64,000 nucleotides of DNA from Auanema rhodensis (taxonomy: Eukaryota; Animalia; Nematoda), in the NCBI GenBank assembly GCA_964057225.1, contig OZ059895.1, positions 11,346,001 through 11,410,000 on the forward strand, in the 5' to 3' direction. The notes beneath the pieces are model-generated. The model did not search any database. It saw only the letters and a program-made list of their open reading frames with translations, and had not been told where the DNA came from. Of this stretch, positions 59,759-64,000 are shown in pieces. The translations under genes were made by a program, and so were the position numbers. Positions within the stretch are counted from its first letter, which is position 1; the number at the start of each line of letters is the position of its first letter.

Positions 59759-62700
59759 ATGTTTTCAATTTTCAAGCAGTTTTACTCAGATAGCTTAACC
59801 CAAGGCAGCAAATTATCTTCAATATTATTTCTATCTTACAGTTATAAACCAATAGTTAATGAACCATCATCTTACCTTTACTGTTTCTATCTATTTCCTA
59901 TCGAAACCAACTTTGTTCAAGAACTATACAACTGTGAAACCTTTTTTAATTTCTTGTATTTGAAGCTCATAAGATTTGATATCATTGAGGGATCCAGATA
60001 GAACGTGGAAAATTACGTAACTAACACGAAATTGGAAAAAACTATAACGAGGATAAGTATGTGAATCATTGAATATCAGATATTTTCGCTTAGGACCATA
60101 CCACGTTGAAAGTACGCCATGCCGCTGATTTTCGATTTTAACTCTTTTGTAACAAATGTTTTCAATTTTCAAGCAGTTTTACTTAGATAGCTCAACCCAA
60201 GGCAGCAATTTATCTTCAATATTATTTCTATCTTACAGTTATAAACTAATAGTTAGTGAACCATCATCTTACCCTTACCGTTTCTATCTATTTCCTATCG
60301 AAACCAACTTTGTTCAAAAACTATACAACTGTGAAACCTTTTTTAATTTCTTGTATTTGAAGCTCATAAGATTTGATATCATTAAGGGATCCAGATAGAA
60401 CGTGGAAAATTACATAACTAACATGAAATTGGGAAAAAATTATAACGAGGATAAGTATGTAAATCATTGAATATCAGATATTTTTGCTTACAACTATACC
60501 ACGTTGTAAGTACGCCATGCCGCTGATTTTCAATTTTAACTCTTTTGTAACAAATGTTTTCAATTTTCAAGCAGTTTTACTTAGATAGCTCAACCCAAGG
60601 CAGCAATTCATCTTCAATATTATTACTATCTTACAGTTATAAACCAATAGTTAATGAACCATCATCTTACCCTCACCGTTTCTATCTATTTCATATCAAA
60701 ACCAACTTTGTTCAAAAACTATACAACTGTGAAACCTTTTTTAATTTCTTGTATTTGGAGCTCATAAGATTTGATATCATTAAGGGATCCAGATAGAACG
60801 TGGAAAATTACATAACTAACATGAAATTGGGAAAAAATTATAACGAGGATAAGTATGTGAAACATTGAATATCAGATATTTTCGCTTAGGACCATACCAC
60901 GTTGAAAGTACGGCATGCGGCTGATTTTCAATTTTAACTCTTCTGTAACAAATGTTTGAATTTTCAAGCAGTTTTACTTAGATAGCTCAACCCAAGGCAG
61001 CAAATTATCTTCAATCTTATTTCTATCTTACAGTTATAAACCATTAGTTAATGAACCATCATCTTACCTTCACTGTTTCTATCTATTTTCTATCAAAAGA
61101 AACATTGTTTAAACACTATACAACTGTGAAACCTTTTTTAATTTTTTGTATTTGGAACTCATAAGATTTGATATCATCGAGGGATCCAGATAGAACGTGG
61201 AAAATTACGTAACTAACATGAAATTGGAAAAAACTATAACGAGGATAAGTATGTGAATCATTGAATATCAGATATTTTCGCTTAGGACCATACCACGTTG
61301 AAAGTACGCCATGCCGCTGATTTTCAATTTTAACTCTTTTGTAACAAATGTTTTCAATTTTCAAGCAGTTTTACTCAGATAGCTTAACCCAAGGCAGCAA
61401 ATTATCTTCAATATTATTTCTATCTTACAGTTATAAACCAATAGTTAATGAACCATCATCTTACCTTTACTGTTTCTATCTATTTCCTATCGAAACCAAC
61501 TTTGTTCAAGAACTATACAACTGTGAAACCTTTTTTAATTTCTTGTATTTGAAGCTCATAAGATTTGATATCATTAAGGGATCCAGATAGAACGTGGAAA
61601 TTTACATAACTAACATGAAATTGGGAAAAAATTATAACGAGGATAAGTATGTAAATCATTGAATATCAGATATTTTTGCTTACAACTATACCACGTTGTA
61701 AGTACGCCATGCCGCTGATTTTCAATTTTAACTCTTTTGTAACAAATGTTTTCAATTTTCAAGCAGTTTTACTTAGATAGCTCAACCCAAGGCAGCAATT
61801 CATCTTCAATATTATTTCTATCTTACAGTTATAAACCAATAGTTAATGAACCATCATCTTACCCTTACCGTTTCTATCTATTTCATATCAAAACCAACTT
61901 TGTTCAAAAACTATACAACTGTGAAACCTTTTTTAATTTCTTGTATTTGAAGCTCATAAGATTTGATATCATTAAGGGATCCAGATAGAACGTGGAAAAT
62001 TACATAACTAACATGAAATTGGGAAAAAATTATAACGAGGATAAGTATGTGAAACATTGAATATCAGATATTTTCGCTTAGGACCATACCACGTTGAAAG
62101 TACGGCATGCGGCTGATTTTCAATTTTAACTCTTCTGTAACAAATGTTTGAATTTTCAAGCAGTTTTACTTAGATAGCTCAACCCAAGGCAGCAAATTAT
62201 CTTCAATCTTATTTCTATCTTACAGTTATAAACCATTAGTTAATGAATCATCATCTTACCTTCACTGTTTCTATCTATTTTCTATCAAAAGAAACATTGT
62301 TTAAACACTATACAACTGTGAAACCTTTTTTAATTTCTTGTATTTGGAACTCATAAGATTTGATATCATCGAGGGATCCAGATAGAACGTGGAAAATTAC
62401 ATAACTAACATGAAATTGGGAAAAAATTATAACGAGGATAAGTATGTGAAACATTGAATATCAGATATTTTCGCTTAGGACCATACCACGTTGAAAGTAC
62501 GGCATGCGGCTGATTTTCAATTTTAACTCTTCTGTAACAAATGTTTTCAATTTTCAAGCAGTTTTACTTAGATAGCTCAACCCAAGGCAGCAAATTATCT
62601 TCAATCTTATTTCTATCTTACAGTTATAAACCATTAGTTAATGAACCATCATCTTACCTTTACTATTTCTATCTATTTCCTATCAAAACCAACTTTGTTC

Positions 62701-64000
62701 AAACACTATACAACTGAGAAGCCTTTTTTAATTTCTTGTATTTGGAGCTCATAAGATTTGATATCATTGAGGGATCCAGATAGAACGTGGAAAATTACGT
62801 AACTAACATGAAATTGGAAAAAACTATAACGAGGATAAGTATGTGAATCATTGAATATCAGATAGTTTCGCTTAGGACCATACCACGTTCAAAGTACGCC
62901 ATGCCGCTGATTTTCAATTTTAACTCTTCTGTATTAAATGTTTTCAATTTTCAAGCAGTTTTACTCAGATAGCTTAACCCTAGGCAGCAAATTATCTTCA
63001 ATATTATTTCTATCTTACAGTTATAAACCAATAGTTAATGAACCATCATCTTACCTTTACTGTTTCTATCTATTTCCTATCGAAAGCAACTTTGTTCAAA
63101 CACTATACAACTGTGAAACCTTTTTTAATTTCTTGTATTTGGAGCTCATAAGATTTGATATCATTAAGGGATCCAGATAGAACGTGGAAAATTACATAAC
63201 TAACATGAAATTGGGAAAAAATTATAACGAAGATAAGTATGTAAATCATTGAATATCAGATATTTTTGCTTACAACTATACCACGTTGTAAGTACGCCAT
63301 GCCGCTGATTTTCAATTTCAACTCTTTTGTAACAAATGTTTTCAATTTTCAAGCAGTTTTACTCAGATAGCTCAACCCAAGGCAGCAATTCATCTTCAAT
63401 ATTATTTCTATCTTACAGTTATAAACCAATAGTTAATGAACCATCATCTTACCCTTACCGTTTCTATCTATTTCATATCAAAACCAACTTTGTTCAAAAA
63501 CTATACAACTGTGAAACCTTTTTTAATTTCTTGTATTTGGAGCTCATAAGATTTGATATCATTAAGGGATCCAGATAAAACGTGGAAAATTACATAACTA
63601 ACATGAAATTGGGAAAAAATTATAACGAGGATAAGTATGTGAAACATTGAATATCAGATATTTTCGCTTAGGACCATACCACGTTGAAAGTACGGCATGC
63701 GGCTGATTTTCAATTTTAACTCTTCTGTAACAAATGTTTGAATTTTCAAGCAGTTTTACTTAGATAGCTCAACCCAAGGCAGCAATTCATCTTCAATATT
63801 ATTTCTATCTTACAGTTATAAACCAATAGTTAATGAACCATCATCTTACCCTTACCGTTTCTATCTATTTCATATCAAAACCAACTTTGTTCAAAAACTA
63901 TACAACTGTGAAACCTTTTTTAATTTCTTGTATTTGAAGCTCATAAGATTTGATATCATTAAGGGATCCAGATAGAACGTGGAAAATTACATAACTAACA

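Larger units (their letters stand above)
1..64000. repeat. Tandem satellite DNA array, 397-398 bp AT-rich monomer, about 163 head-to-tail copies; runs off both window ends
   Basis: The same unit recurs throughout. ORF-track landmarks fall at 52, 450, 848 ... 62938, 63336 with 397/398 bp spacing. Conserved motifs such as GATTTGATATCAT, GATCCAGATAGAAC and ATACCACGTT recur once per unit. I saw no non-repeat sequence or orientation switch. Confidence 0.99.

Noticed and set aside
4384-61364. Repeated - strand 63-84 aa ORFs (MKIENICY..., MMVHSLL...)
   Set aside because: They are open only in particular 1-bp length variants, cross monomer boundaries, overlap the + ORF, and show no recognisable homology.
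52-63578. Repeated + strand 80-92 aa ORF (MFSIFKQFY...)
   Set aside because: It is a by-product of the satellite. I recognise no domain and it is F/Y/L/S-rich as expected from T-rich DNA. Many variants change amino acids, and it is broken by common TAA (GTTTAAAC) or TGA (CTGAGAAG) alleles in a large share of monomers.
1-64000. CRISPR array or repeat-spacer/cassette system
   Set aside because: There are no unique spacers. The entire unit is repeated, variation is limited to substitutions and indels, and no cas, integrase or recombinase genes are present.
1-64000. Rolling-circle or sequencing concatemer artefact
   Set aside because: Variants are shared, linked and position-structured rather than random errors on one template. 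Exact copy number could still be affected by assembly.
1-64000. Transposon insertion, inversion or telomeric repeat
   Set aside because: None was seen. Landmark spacing is accounted for by 397-399-bp units plus the seven deletion monomers.

Overview
The whole 64 kb window is one uninterrupted head-to-tail tandem array of an AT-rich satellite DNA. The monomer is 397-398 bp (about 31% GC by hand count of bases 1-398), with roughly 163 copies, all in the same orientation. It looks like eukaryotic heterochromatic or (peri)centromeric satellite, but I cannot assign it to a named family or organism. I found no genes, RNA genes, transposons, CRISPR arrays, inversions or unique sequence. All listed 63-92 aa ORFs are by-products of the repeat unit, and I see no evidence of a novel protein-coding system. 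The informative structure is in the variation between monomers. (i) Six 293-bp monomers share one 105-bp deletion (0.8-14.1 kb), and one 323-bp monomer has a 75-bp deletion (about 43.97 kb). (ii) Multi-monomer duplications or incipient higher-order repeats occur at offsets of 3, 4, 5, 6, 10 and 27 monomers. (iii) Sequence subfamilies replace each other along the array. (iv) Monomers are mosaics of a few linked multi-base alleles. (v) Many common polymorphisms are of the CpG<->TpG/CpA type, consistent with methyl-CpG decay. All counts and offsets were read by eye and from the ORF track, not computed by alignment.
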